This document shows, piece after piece, positions 1 to 8,345 of a stretch of 64,000 bases of DNA (position 1 is its first letter; every line of letters begins with the position of its first letter). The notes under the pieces were generated by a model that saw nothing but the letters and a program-made list of their open reading frames with translations, had not been told where the DNA came from and ran no database searches. The DNA is from Oscillospiraceae bacterium (lineage in GTDB: Bacteria > Bacillota > Clostridia > Oscillospirales > CAG-272): NCBI GenBank assembly GCA_015065385.1, contig SVQK01000009.1, positions 18,021-82,020 on the forward strand. Reading direction: 5' to 3'. The translations under genes were made by a program, and so were the position numbers.

Positions 1-283
1 CGATCCCCCGGTTCTGAAACTCTGTGTCCACACAGAATTCGTCGATGCAGTACTCCGTCCCCTCGTGCCAATGCTTGATCCGTCCCATCGCCAGACCGAC
101 AAGCCGGTTGCCGTCCAGATATCCGAACGTGAGGGAATTGCTCTGCCCGATCAGGTCGTCGATATAGGCCGCGAGCTGTTCCGGATCGCTCCAGTCGTCG
201 TTCCACGGTTCGCGCGTGAAGACATCCCGGAACAACTCGGCAACGGATTCCTTATCCTGCGGCGTCAAGACTTTAAGGTTCAT
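1..283 (-). CDS. GNAT-family N-acetyltransferase, N-terminal part (3' end runs off the window)
   Basis: Not in ORF track because it is truncated. Manual translation from ATG (complement of 281-283) behind GGAGGAATC gives MNLKVLTPQDKESVAELFRDVFTREPWNDDWSDPEQLAAYIDDLIGQSNSLTFGYLDGNRLVGLAMGRIKHWHEGTEYCIDEFCVDTEFQNRGI. The final FQNRGI is the start of the GNAT acetyl-CoA Q/RxxGxG motif. Confidence 0.6.
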   Translation of the reverse strand, partial: MNLKVLTPQDKESVAELFRDVFTREPWNDDWSDPEQLAAYIDDLIGQSNSLTFGYLDGNRLVGLAMGRIKHWHEGTEYCIDEFCVDTEFQNRGI

Positions 284-344
284 GATTCCTCCGAAAACGG
301 ATTCAGCGGTTCGCGGCGACGGAAACGCTCTTTCTCCCGTTCGT

Positions 345-373
345 ATTATACCTTGTTTGATCCGCTTCTTCAA
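345..373 (-). promoter_or_regulatory. sigma-A-type promoter for the GNAT gene
   Basis: Minus strand TTGAAG (complement of 368-373), 17-nt spacer, TATAAT (complement of 345-350), about 60 nt upstream of the start codon. Confidence 0.5.
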
Positions 374-543
374 TAGGTTTCCAGACACAAAACAGGAAAA
401 TGAACAGGGAATAGCCCCGTGTCAACGCCCTTTTGGATTCCGATTCGCGCAGGGAAGAGACGCACGGTCGGACGAGCGACTGACTGGCCGGGAAACAAGC
501 TGCGAGGCCGGTCTGTATATCGGATTATACCGGATGCCGCTAA

Positions 544-596
544 CAAAAAACCGGGACAGCTTTTCCGGCCGATCGGAGTCGGTCAGGCTGTCCCGG
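544..596 (-). terminator. Rho-independent terminator downstream of the GH43-like gene
   Basis: 10-bp stem CCGGGACAGC (551-560) / GCTGTCCCGG (587-596). On the minus strand it is followed by a U-run (complement of the A-run 545-550). Confidence 0.6.
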
Positions 597-727
597 AATT
601 ATGATTTTTTGCTGTCCGCAAACGATCCTGTATCGTGATCTGCCCTTGTGTGGCAGCTTCTATACCGCCGTCTGCTCTTCCTCCCGGTCATGACGAAGAG
701 CATCAATCCGGAGAAACCGCTCTTCTG

Positions 728-1633
728 TTACCGCTCGATCTCGAAGCCGTCCCCTGTGAATCTCAGCCCGACGGAGGAGAGGATCCACGTCTTCCCGCCG
801 TCCGGGGAGCCCTGATAGAAGAGCCGAATCCGTCCGTCGTCGTCCTCGAACACATAGGGATGGCCGCTCTCCGAGGCGTTCCAGTCTCCCGGTGATCCGT
901 TTTTCAGAAAAGGTTCGTCCGAAACGCGCCGGAAGGTCACGCCGTCGTCGGATACCGCGAGTCCGATCTGCTGGGGCTTGCAGTTGTACGCGCCTCCGTA
1001 GAACATCCACACGCGGCCTCCCTTGACGATGGCGGCGGGAGCTTCGATGCAGGACTGCTCCCACGGGAGGGTCGGCGCGAGTACGGGGGCTTCGACCTCC
1101 TCCCGGAAATCTTCCCGCCCGAAGGATGAGCCGATCGGAGCGGACGCGGCTCCCACCATCTGACGCTCCATCCGGTGGTCCCGTGTGGCGAAATACAGCC
1201 AGAGCCGGTCCCGGAACACGACCACGTCGGCGTCGATCGCGCGGCCCGCGCACCACCCCCGGTCGGAGGCGTCGGGATCCGTCGTTCCGGTCGGACGGAA
1301 GACGGGATTGAACGGGTCTTTTTCGAACCGGAGCCCGTCCGCGGACACGGCATGACAGATCGCGTCCCGTTCCCAGTTGCCGTAGGTCTGGTAGAAGAGA
1401 TGGACAACACCGTCAAGCACGATGGCCGCGGGCGCGCCGTTTCCGTTCTTTTCACACTCCGTGTCGAGGGGGAGGATTCCGGCGGGCGACCAGCGTTCCA
1501 TGTCGTCGGAGACGGCGATCCCGATCCGGAGGGGCTTCTCCCCGGGAACATAGGCGGAGTGGTAGAGGAAATACCTCCCGTTGAACCGCACGACGGCGGG
1601 ATCCTTGGCGAATCCGTCAGGCGAGAAGAACAT
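728..1633 (-). CDS. Five-bladed beta-propeller glycosidase, GH43-like (clan GH-F type)
   Basis: 301 aa, AAGGAGG RBS 6 nt upstream. N-terminal KDPAVVRFNGRYFLYH (Asp base motif), central IDADVV, and CIEAPAAIV (Glu acid motif) are arranged as in GH43-type enzymes. No signal peptide. Confidence 0.6.
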   Translation of the reverse strand: MFFSPDGFAKDPAVVRFNGRYFLYHSAYVPGEKPLRIGIAVSDDMERWSPAGILPLDTECEKNGNGAPAAIVLDGVVHLFYQTYGNWERDAICHAVSADGLRFEKDPFNPVFRPTGTTDPDASDRGWCAGRAIDADVVVFRDRLWLYFATRDHRMERQMVGAASAPIGSSFGREDFREEVEAPVLAPTLPWEQSCIEAPAAIVKGGRVWMFYGGAYNCKPQQIGLAVSDDGVTFRRVSDEPFLKNGSPGDWNASESGHPYVFEDDDGRIRLFYQGSPDGGKTWILSSVGLRFTGDGFEIER

Positions 1634-1644
1634 GGGAAACCTCC

Positions 1645-3483
1645 TTACGGCGCGACGATGGAGTATTCGTCCGTGTCGAAGTCAGCCTCGATCACCGTGC
1701 CGTCCGAGAAGGTCGTGCGCTGGCGGCGGATCGAACCGTCGAGGAATTCATGCCGCACGATCGCCGTGTGGGTGAGCCGTTTCGCGGAGGCGCACGCGGT
1801 CTTGACGGCGGCGATCTCCTCCTCGGTGGCCGTGATCGAGCAGTAGACCGGGTTCCCGCAGAGGATGGCGTAGAGGTAGGCCGAATCCTTGCCGGGAATG
1901 CCCCATCCGCCGTGCTCTCCGGGAAGTCCGATCCACGGGATCACCGCGCAGTCGTGGTACACTAAATTGAGCAGCGGGATCGGAATACCGATGGGATCGG
2001 AATTCGGGGAGCCGAGGCTTGAGGTGAAGAACGGCGCGTGGTGGCAGAGCACCTGGGAGGGCAGGATGCAGTCGAGGATCTCCTCGGAGGACGGGATGAT
2101 CCCGCGGTCGGTCAGGATGTCGAGGCAGCGGCGGCGGTTCTCGGCGCACTGTTCGCGGGTGACGGGATGGGCCTTTGAGAAGCACTCGTCCATCTCCACC
2201 ACGGAGAACACGTCGAGGTAGGCCGCCTCCACCGGGATCCCGAGCCGCTCGAACTCCGCGTAGTTGCGCCGCACATATTCCACCGCCCGCGCGGAGCAGA
2301 GGAAGGAGTGGGGCCCGCCGTGCCAGACGGAGCAGTAGGGATGGGAGCCGTCGATGTACTGGATCGCTTCGTCGAGGGAGAAGTCCGGCCCGTCGTAGTA
2401 GTAGTCGCGGTACTGGTCGTGAATGCCGAAGATGTAACCGCATTCCCGGCAGGCTTCGGCGAGCCGCTTCATGCCCTCTGTGCCGCCGGCCTCTTCGTGG
2501 GGCGGGAAGGGCGAGGGATGGAGGTTGTCGTATCCGTGCCGTCCCCATCCGTCGAAGTGGGTGTAGGCGACGTCAAGCCCTTTCTTTTTCAGCTCTCTCA
2601 GCCGCTCCGCCTGCGTGTCGAAGGTCGTCCAGCAGTCGTTTTCCCACGGCTCGTCCTTGTTGTAGTAGTCGCTCTCCGGAGAGACGTGGATGGCGATTCC
2701 GGCGTGGATGACGGGCGCGCCGAAGAGGCGTTCCACGTTCGGATTCCGTGCCGCCTTTTCCCGCAGAGTCACGAGCCGTCCGCGCTCCTTCACATAAGCG
2801 CGGTAGCAGAGGGCGATCGTGTTGTAGTCGCAGGTCTCGCGGAACCGGTAGAGCATCCGGCGCGCATACCGCATTTCGCCGAGGGAGGGGACCCAGAGCG
2901 GCGATACCCGGTCGTCCCGGACAGAATAGCGGGCGTCGAACGGGGTGTCGAATACGGCCAGATATCCGGAGGTGCCCGGCGCGAAGGGGGATCCGCCGCG
3001 GACCTGCCCGAAGATCGGCATATACGCGGTGCGCTCGTTGACCGGCTCGTTTTCGCGGACGAATCCGGAGCCGTCCGGGATCAGCGCGCCCTGCATCCGG
3101 GAGAGCACCGTGTAGCCGCCGCCCTCCTTCTCGAAGGGAGCGGGGAAGGCCACGGACGCGATTTCCCCGAAGCGGTCGCCCTCGAAGAAGATCTCAAAGA
3201 ACAAGTCCCCCGTGGTCCGCTCGATCCGGACGACGGTTTCCAGCCGGAGCGCGGAGCCCTCGAAGCCTTCGTAGACCGCGCGGACGCCGTCCGAGGTGCC
3301 GTTTGCGAGGGGGGATTCCTCCGAAGGGGCGGGGAACGGTACGGTTCTGCCGTCCGAGAATGTCACGGAAGGGCGTTCGGTCATGCGCCACACGTCGCCG
3401 TTCGGAAGGGTAACGGCATAAACGAACGCGGCGGGATCGGCGGTGAGGGTGAGGTTTTGGTGTACGATGCGGGTTTCAGCCAT
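1645..3483 (-). CDS. Putative cytoplasmic glycoside hydrolase, (beta/alpha)8-like; resembles the uncharacterised DUF5696-type family from memory (unverified)
   Basis: The track ORF (1645-4701, 1018 aa) is over-extended. Real start is MAETRIVHQNL at ATG (complement of 3481-3483) behind GGAGGTATCACC, giving 612 aa. GC3-rich coding frame. Motifs HFDGWGRHGYDN and YLDVFS are typical of TIM-barrel glycosidases. Confidence 0.55.
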   Translation of the reverse strand: MAETRIVHQNLTLTADPAAFVYAVTLPNGDVWRMTERPSVTFSDGRTVPFPAPSEESPLANGTSDGVRAVYEGFEGSALRLETVVRIERTTGDLFFEIFFEGDRFGEIASVAFPAPFEKEGGGYTVLSRMQGALIPDGSGFVRENEPVNERTAYMPIFGQVRGGSPFAPGTSGYLAVFDTPFDARYSVRDDRVSPLWVPSLGEMRYARRMLYRFRETCDYNTIALCYRAYVKERGRLVTLREKAARNPNVERLFGAPVIHAGIAIHVSPESDYYNKDEPWENDCWTTFDTQAERLRELKKKGLDVAYTHFDGWGRHGYDNLHPSPFPPHEEAGGTEGMKRLAEACRECGYIFGIHDQYRDYYYDGPDFSLDEAIQYIDGSHPYCSVWHGGPHSFLCSARAVEYVRRNYAEFERLGIPVEAAYLDVFSVVEMDECFSKAHPVTREQCAENRRRCLDILTDRGIIPSSEEILDCILPSQVLCHHAPFFTSSLGSPNSDPIGIPIPLLNLVYHDCAVIPWIGLPGEHGGWGIPGKDSAYLYAILCGNPVYCSITATEEEIAAVKTACASAKRLTHTAIVRHEFLDGSIRRQRTTFSDGTVIEADFDTDEYSIVAP

Positions 3484-3629
3484 GGTGATACCTCCATAAG
3501 GGATCCGCCGGAGGGATTCGCAGTCCCCCGCGGCGGAAAACAAACGGTTGACGGAACGAAATGGTACGATCGATCGTTGAAAATCGACGGGCACGCCGGA
3601 AATCAGAGCTTTGGAACGCCTAAAAGCGG

Positions 3630-5045
3630 TCAGCCTCCGAGACGCTCGCTCTCGACGATCCGTTTTCTGCGGATCACGTCGGAGGGATCGAGCCGCTCGT
3701 CCTCGTATTCCGCCTCTCCGCTCTGGTTGTCGTAGGGATCGAGGCGGAAGAAGGTCTTCGGCGGTTCGAGCTGACGCTGGAATTCCGTGCAGGCGATCAT
3801 CCGGTGCGGATCGAGGTTTCCGAAGTACCAGTTCCAGCCCTCCGTGTCGCCGGCCCGCTTCATGCCTCCGCCGTAGGACGGATCGCACGGGAGCCAGCCC
3901 CACGGTTCCACATAGAACTGCGCCCAGTCGTGACTGCCGATGGAGGTCGGACGGGCCGCGTTTCCGGACTGCCAGCGCGCGGGGATCCCGGCAAGACGGC
4001 ACAGGACGATGAAGAGCAGGGCCTGTACGCCGCAGTCCCCTCGGCCGTTGACAGCAGCGTACATGGGGATGTTGTCCATGAACCGGTAGTCCCGCATGTA
4101 GGAATAGCGGACGTGGGAGGTGACGTAGTCGTAGATCTTCCGCGCTCTCAGGAAGGGATTCTGCTCGTTCCCGGTCAGCTCCCCGGCGAGCATGCGGAAA
4201 TACGGCGTGAAGGAGATGTGCGGGGGCAGCTCGTCGAGATAAAGCGCCGCTTCCTTCGAATAGCCGCGTTTGGCCGCCGCCGGATCGAGATCGTGGTACA
4301 CGGCGGTGCAGACATAGCGGAAGGAGATCTCCAGCCGGTTGTCCGCGCCCGCCTTGACGGGATATTCCGCGTAAGCCGTGCGGATGGGATGGTCGGAAAC
4401 CGTCACCGGACGGTTCGCGGAGAGGAGCTCGATTCCGGACTGCTCCGGCGTGACGGCGGGGAAGGGGAGCCAAGCGCGGAAGAGCTTTCCGTCCCGGATG
4501 TGCTCCTCGTCCGGCTCGACGGATTCTTCGACGGTGAAGCGAACGGAAGCCCGCCCGTGTTCCCGCATATAGGCCATATTTTCGTGGCGCAGCTCGCTGA
4601 ACGTCTCCCGGAACGTCTCGCCGGGATGGGTCAGCTCGTAAAGATATCCCTCGCAGCAGTCGGTCAGGTTGGCGTAGGCGTCGTCCTGAAAGCGGATGCA
4701 CCCCGGGAGCGCGCCGTTTCCGATGATGTAGTCGGCGTGTCCGGAGTCGATCAGAGCGTAAAGATCCTTTTCCTCAAATCCGGGGTAGTTCTTTTGGAAC
4801 AGAGCCAGCATGCCGTCCCATGTGATGCCGTAATCGTGCGACAGCCCGTCCGCGAGGATCTTTTCCAGCTCCAGACGCTTTCTCAGAATGGGCTCGAACG
4901 CCGGATGGGTGTCGGGGGAGAGCAGGCGGTCGATCTCGGCGAGCTCTTCCTCATAGCGGCCCGCGAACCGGAGGTTTTTCAGGGAATCCGGGAGCTCCGC
5001 GGCGAGGAGGGCGAGGGACTCATAATCAAAAGGCGTGTGTTTCAT
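3630..5045 (-). CDS. Transglutaminase-like domain protein (Cys-His-Asp papain-like fold)
   Basis: 471 aa, RBS GGAGGACATTC-ATG. Core motif GDCGVQALLFIVLCRLAGIPARW, then SHDWAQFY and CDPS (Cys/His/Asp triad order of the transglutaminase core). Confidence 0.8.
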   Translation of the reverse strand: MKHTPFDYESLALLAAELPDSLKNLRFAGRYEEELAEIDRLLSPDTHPAFEPILRKRLELEKILADGLSHDYGITWDGMLALFQKNYPGFEEKDLYALIDSGHADYIIGNGALPGCIRFQDDAYANLTDCCEGYLYELTHPGETFRETFSELRHENMAYMREHGRASVRFTVEESVEPDEEHIRDGKLFRAWLPFPAVTPEQSGIELLSANRPVTVSDHPIRTAYAEYPVKAGADNRLEISFRYVCTAVYHDLDPAAAKRGYSKEAALYLDELPPHISFTPYFRMLAGELTGNEQNPFLRARKIYDYVTSHVRYSYMRDYRFMDNIPMYAAVNGRGDCGVQALLFIVLCRLAGIPARWQSGNAARPTSIGSHDWAQFYVEPWGWLPCDPSYGGGMKRAGDTEGWNWYFGNLDPHRMIACTEFQRQLEPPKTFFRLDPYDNQSGEAEYEDERLDPSDVIRRKRIVESERLGG

Positions 5046-5126
5046 GAATGTCCTCCGTAAAGTTCATACTAAGTTCATTCTAAACCATTGGAAAGGGGAG
5101 ACGCGGCTTTCTTTCGGATGAAAGCT

Positions 5127-5145
5127 CGCTCAACAAGTTGAGCCG
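5127..5145. repeat. 19-nt exact repeat, copy 1 (contains palindrome GCTCAACAAGTTGAGC)
   Basis: CGCTCAACAAGTTGAGCCG is identical to 5291-5309. The core is a 6-bp stem with a 4-nt loop. Confidence 0.9.
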
Positions 5146-5290
5146 GCAAAGAACTTTGAAAAAGGGGAAAGGAGTATGGCTGTACCAATAGAGTGAAGCT
5201 GAAGCTTTGGCACACCAACGAAGCTTCGCGCAGAGCGCGAACTTCTGAAGCCATCCAACCTTATCAGAGTTATCACACGCGATGCCCATC

Positions 5291-5309
5291 CGCTCAACAA
5301 GTTGAGCCG
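5291..5309. repeat. 19-nt exact repeat, copy 2
   Basis: CGCTCAACAAGTTGAGCCG, 164 bp downstream of copy 1, same orientation. Confidence 0.9.
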
Positions 5310-5382
5310 CACGGCGATTCGCACCCTACATGGAGCGATCAAAACCCATTTGCTACAGTTTAGAATCAAAATAGTATCGATT

Positions 5383-5431
5383 CAGAAAGAAAGACAGGGG
5401 AAGTTGCCCCGGGAATAAGGGCAGCCTCCCC
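5383..5431 (-). terminator. Rho-independent terminator of tpiA
   Basis: Minus-strand hairpin GGGGAGGCUGCCC / GGGCAACUUCCCC (5419-5431 pairs with 5397-5409; one G-U and one mismatch), followed by UGUCUUUCUUUCUG. Confidence 0.7.
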
Positions 5432-5446
5432 TGCGGAATGTCACAT

Positions 5447-6217
5447 TCAGGCCTGCGCGGCGTCCACGATCTTCGAGAATTTTTCGGGAACGAGGGACGC
5501 GCCGCCGATCAGACCGCCGTCCACGTCCACCTTGGAGAGCAGCTCGGCCGCGTTTGCGTCGTTCATGCTGCCGCCGTACTGGATGGTGAGGGCTTCGGCG
5601 ATTTCGGGGCTGTAGAGGCCGCAGACGACCTTGCGGATCAGGGCGCAGACTTCCTCCGCCTGATCGGGAGTCGCGGTGAGGCCGGTCCCGATGGCCCAGA
5701 CGGGTTCGTAGGCAATGACCACATTCTTCATCTGCTCAGCGGGAATGCCGGCCAGATCGAGCTTGGTCTGCATGGATACGATCTCTTCGGTGATGCCCGC
5801 CTGACGCTGTCCGAGGACTTCGCCGAGGCAGAGGATGACCTTCAGACCGGCCGAGAGGGCCGCGCGCGTTCTCTTGTTGACGGTTTCGTCCGTCTCGCCG
5901 AAGTACTGGCGGCGCTCGGAGTGGCCGATGATCACATATTCCGCGCCGCTCTCGAGCAGCATGTCCGCGGAGATTTCTCCGGTGAAGGCGCCCTTCGGCT
6001 CGAAATGGACGTTCTGCGCGCCGATCTTGACGTTCGTGCCCTTTGCGGCTTCAACGGCGGGGAGCAGATCCACGAACGGGACGCAGAGGACGACTTCGCA
6101 TCCGTCCTTGCCTGCGGTCAGCTCGGCGGTCCTGGCGACGGCGGTCTTCGCGGCAGAGGGGGTCATGTTCATCTTCCAGTTGCCGGCGATGATGACTTTG
6201 CGGGATTCTTTTTTCAT
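5447..6217 (-). CDS. tpiA: Triosephosphate isomerase
   Basis: 256 aa. Motifs IIAGNWKMN, IIGHSERR, AYEPVWAIGTG and QYGGS are the canonical TIM motifs. Confidence 0.97.
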   Translation of the reverse strand: MKKESRKVIIAGNWKMNMTPSAAKTAVARTAELTAGKDGCEVVLCVPFVDLLPAVEAAKGTNVKIGAQNVHFEPKGAFTGEISADMLLESGAEYVIIGHSERRQYFGETDETVNKRTRAALSAGLKVILCLGEVLGQRQAGITEEIVSMQTKLDLAGIPAEQMKNVVIAYEPVWAIGTGLTATPDQAEEVCALIRKVVCGLYSPEIAEALTIQYGGSMNDANAAELLSKVDVDGGLIGGASLVPEKFSKIVDAAQA

Positions 6218-6300
6218 GTCAAACTCATTCCTTCTGTTTCAATCTTGATAGCGGAAAAGGGGAAGCGCAAGAGACGCCTCCCCTCGGGGAACTCAGAAAA

Positions 6301-7500
6301 TCAGTCCTTGTTTTCGAGGCAGGCGATGCCGGGAAGCTCGAGGCCTTCGAGGAATTCGAGGGACGCGCCGCCGCCGGTGGAGATGTGGGTCATCTTGTCG
6401 GCGAAACCGAGCTGTTCGACAGCCGCCGCGGAGTCGCCGCCGCCGATGATGGAGACCGCGCCGCTCTCAGCGACAGCCTTCGCCACGGCGCGGGTGCCGG
6501 ACGCGAAGTTCTCCCACTCGGAGACGCCCATCGGGCCGTTCCAGACCACGGTGCCTGCGCCGATGATGGTCTTGGCGAAGAGCTCCTGCGTCTTCTCGCC
6601 GATGTCCAGTCCCATCCAGCCGTCCGGGATGGAGTCGGAGTAGATGCGCATGAAGGTGGTGTCTTCCTTGTACTCGCGGCCGATCACGTTGTCCACGGGG
6701 AGGATGAAGGAAACGCCCTTCGCTCTCGCCTTGGCCATCAGGTCGCGGGCCAGATCCAGCTTGTCCTCTTCGCAGAGGGAGGTGCCGGTGGTGTTGCCGA
6801 GCGCACGGAAGAAGGTGTAGGCCATGCCGCCGCCGATGATGAGGGTATCGACCTTCTCGATGAGGTTGTTGATGACGCCGATCTTGTCGGAGACCTTCGC
6901 GCCGCCGAGGATGGCGACGAACGGACGGGCCGGATCCTCGAGGGCCTTGCCCATGATGGAGATTTCCTTCTGGATCAGATAACCGCAGACGGCGGGAAGA
7001 TACGCGGCGACTCCGGCGGTGGAGGCATGCGCTCTGTGGGCCGTGCCGAACGCGTCGTTGACGAAGATGCCGTCCTCGCCCGCGAGAGAAGCGAGAGCCT
7101 TGGCGAACTCGGGATCGTTCTTTTCCTCTTCCTTGTGGAACCGGACGTTCTCGATGAGCATCACGTCGCCGTCCTTGAGAGCGGCGGCCTTAGCCTGCGC
7201 GTCGGGACCGATGACGTCGGCGGCGAGAGGAACTTCAACGCCCAGACGCTCGGAAAGTCTCTTCGCCACGGGCGCGAGGGAGTACTTCATGTTGAATTCG
7301 CCCTTCGGTCTGCCGAGGTGGGAGCAGAGGATGACCTTCGCGCCGTGCTCGCGGAGATAGTTGATGGTCGGGAGCGCGCCGGTGATGCGGTTTTCGTCGG
7401 TGATGACGCCGTCCTTCAGCGGGACGTTGAAGTCGCAGCGGACGAGGACCTTTTTGCCGGTTACGCTGATGTCCTCTACGGATTTCTTGTTGTAAGTCAT
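6301..7500 (-). CDS. pgk: Phosphoglycerate kinase
   Basis: 399 aa. Motifs [45 protein letters not shown] and [13 protein letters not shown]. Confidence 0.97.
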   Translation of the reverse strand: MTYNKKSVEDISVTGKKVLVRCDFNVPLKDGVITDENRITGALPTINYLREHGAKVILCSHLGRPKGEFNMKYSLAPVAKRLSERLGVEVPLAADVIGPDAQAKAAALKDGDVMLIENVRFHKEEEKNDPEFAKALASLAGEDGIFVNDAFGTAHRAHASTAGVAAYLPAVCGYLIQKEISIMGKALEDPARPFVAILGGAKVSDKIGVINNLIEKVDTLIIGGGMAYTFFRALGNTTGTSLCEEDKLDLARDLMAKARAKGVSFILPVDNVIGREYKEDTTFMRIYSDSIPDGWMGLDIGEKTQELFAKTIIGAGTVVWNGPMGVSEWENFASGTRAVAKAVAESGAVSIIGGGDSAAAVEQLGFADKMTHISTGGGASLEFLEGLELPGIACLENKD

Positions 7501-7542
7501 GGGTTACCTCTTCTTTGTGTGATTTATAGTATGCCACTCGTA

Positions 7543-7571
7543 AGTATAACACATCCCGCGCGGGGAATCAA
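7543..7571 (-). promoter_or_regulatory. sigma-A promoter of pgk-tpiA
   Basis: Minus strand TTGATT (complement of 7566-7571), 17 nt, TATACT (complement of 7543-7548), with an extended TGT immediately upstream. Confidence 0.55.
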
Positions 7572-7648
7572 GAGGGGGAAAGGAAAATATTGACGGAAAT
7601 CCGACGGAGCGGGGGGTGAAATTTCGGGTTTTATTTTTTCTTTTCCCC

Positions 7649-7677
7649 TTTACAAAAGAATTCCGATGTGTTATACT
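7649..7677 (+). promoter_or_regulatory. sigma-A promoter of rpsO (divergent from pgk)
   Basis: TTTACA (7649-7654), 17 nt, TATACT (7672-7677), TG-extended. Leaves a leader of about 115 nt before rpsO. Confidence 0.6.
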
Positions 7678-7800
7678 ATAGCGTGGATTGCCCGCCGCAC
7701 GGTCTCCGGATCACAGGTTCTCCCAGAGGGAACGTTTCACCCGCCGGTCGCTGAGCCCCGGGACTCTGTAAAAATACAAAGGTGAAAGGAAACACACGCC

Positions 7801-8067
7801 ATGATCACGAAGGAAAAGAAGCAGGAACTCATCGAGCAGTTCAAAATCAACGAGACCGACACCGGTTCCCCCGAGGTTCAGATCGCCATCCTGACCTGGA
7901 GAATCCAGGCCCTGACCGAGCACCTGAAGGCCAACAAGAAGGACAACCACTCCCGCCGCGGCCTGAATAAGATGGTCGGCCACCGCCGCAGCCTCCTCCG
8001 CTATCTGCAGGACAACGATATCGAGCGGTACCGCGCCATCGTCTCCAAGCTCGGCCTGAGAAGATAA
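7801..8067 (+). CDS. rpsO: 30S ribosomal protein S15
   Basis: 88 aa. Motifs [27 protein letters not shown] and RRSLLRYL. Confidence 0.97.
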   Translation: MITKEKKQELIEQFKINETDTGSPEVQIAILTWRIQALTEHLKANKKDNHSRRGLNKMVGHRRSLLRYLQDNDIERYRAIVSKLGLRR

Positions 8068-8116
8068 CCTCCTTCCTTCCAAAGGCAGACCTCCCTTCTG
8101 GGGCAGGGTGAACAGC

Positions 8117-8180
8117 GCCGCGGCAAGCCTGTGCCATGCGGATTTCCGCAAGCGGCTGCCGCGGCTTTATGCTGTTTTCC
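8117..8180 (+). terminator. rpsO terminator/attenuator hairpin ahead of pnp
   Basis: GCCGCGGCA (8117-8125) pairs with UGCCGCGGC (8157-8165), with internal pairing, then UUUAUGCUGUUUU. Placement matches the classic rpsO-pnp partial terminator. Confidence 0.5.
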
Positions 8181-8345
8181 CGGAGCCGTCCCGCGCTTCC
8201 CAGCTGAGATCAGCAGTTAAACAGGTGTCCGACGCATTTCCGAAAGCGGGCGTGCGGGCCACTGTCTAAATGCTGAGCCGATGCCGAAGGTGCGGACGGT
8301 CCGAACTCATTCGATTTCAAAATTCAAGTAAGAAAGGCAGATACG

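Larger units (their letters stand above)
5077..5366. other. Low-GC structured non-coding island bounded by a 9-bp inverted repeat (candidate leader RNA, sRNA or MITE-like element)
   Basis: ATTCTAAAC (5077-5085) and GTTTAGAAT (5358-5366) are inverted. Inside are two identical 19-nt hairpin repeats and a perfect TTCGCGC-AGA-GCGCGAA hairpin (5225-5241). GC is clearly below the flanks. There is no credible ORF. Confidence 0.4.

Noticed and set aside
1645-4701. A 1018-aa ORF, and similar over-long ORFs (37085-38758, 46914-49373, 53549-55711, 43207-44481, 24601-28014), that would suggest giant or fused proteins.
   Set aside because: The N-terminal portions are Arg/Pro-rich nonsense overlapping a neighbouring real gene in another frame. 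Each has an internal Met with a good GGAGG-type RBS, from which the recognisable domain begins. I re-set the starts accordingly.
5127-5309. Possible CRISPR array or CRISPR remnant, because of the identical 19-nt palindromic repeats.
   Set aside because: There are only two copies, the repeat is short, and the spacer is 145 bp, far longer than CRISPR spacers. No cas genes occur anywhere in the window.
5080-5369. Small ORFs inside island A: 69-aa and 79-aa track ORFs on the minus strand, a 59-aa minus-strand ORF starting near 5264, and a 6-aa ORF after AAAGGAG at 5176.
   Set aside because: Codon third positions are AT-rich, unlike every confident gene here. RBS spacing is poor or absent. The repeated RLNLLS peptide is just the translated hairpin repeat. 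No motifs are present.
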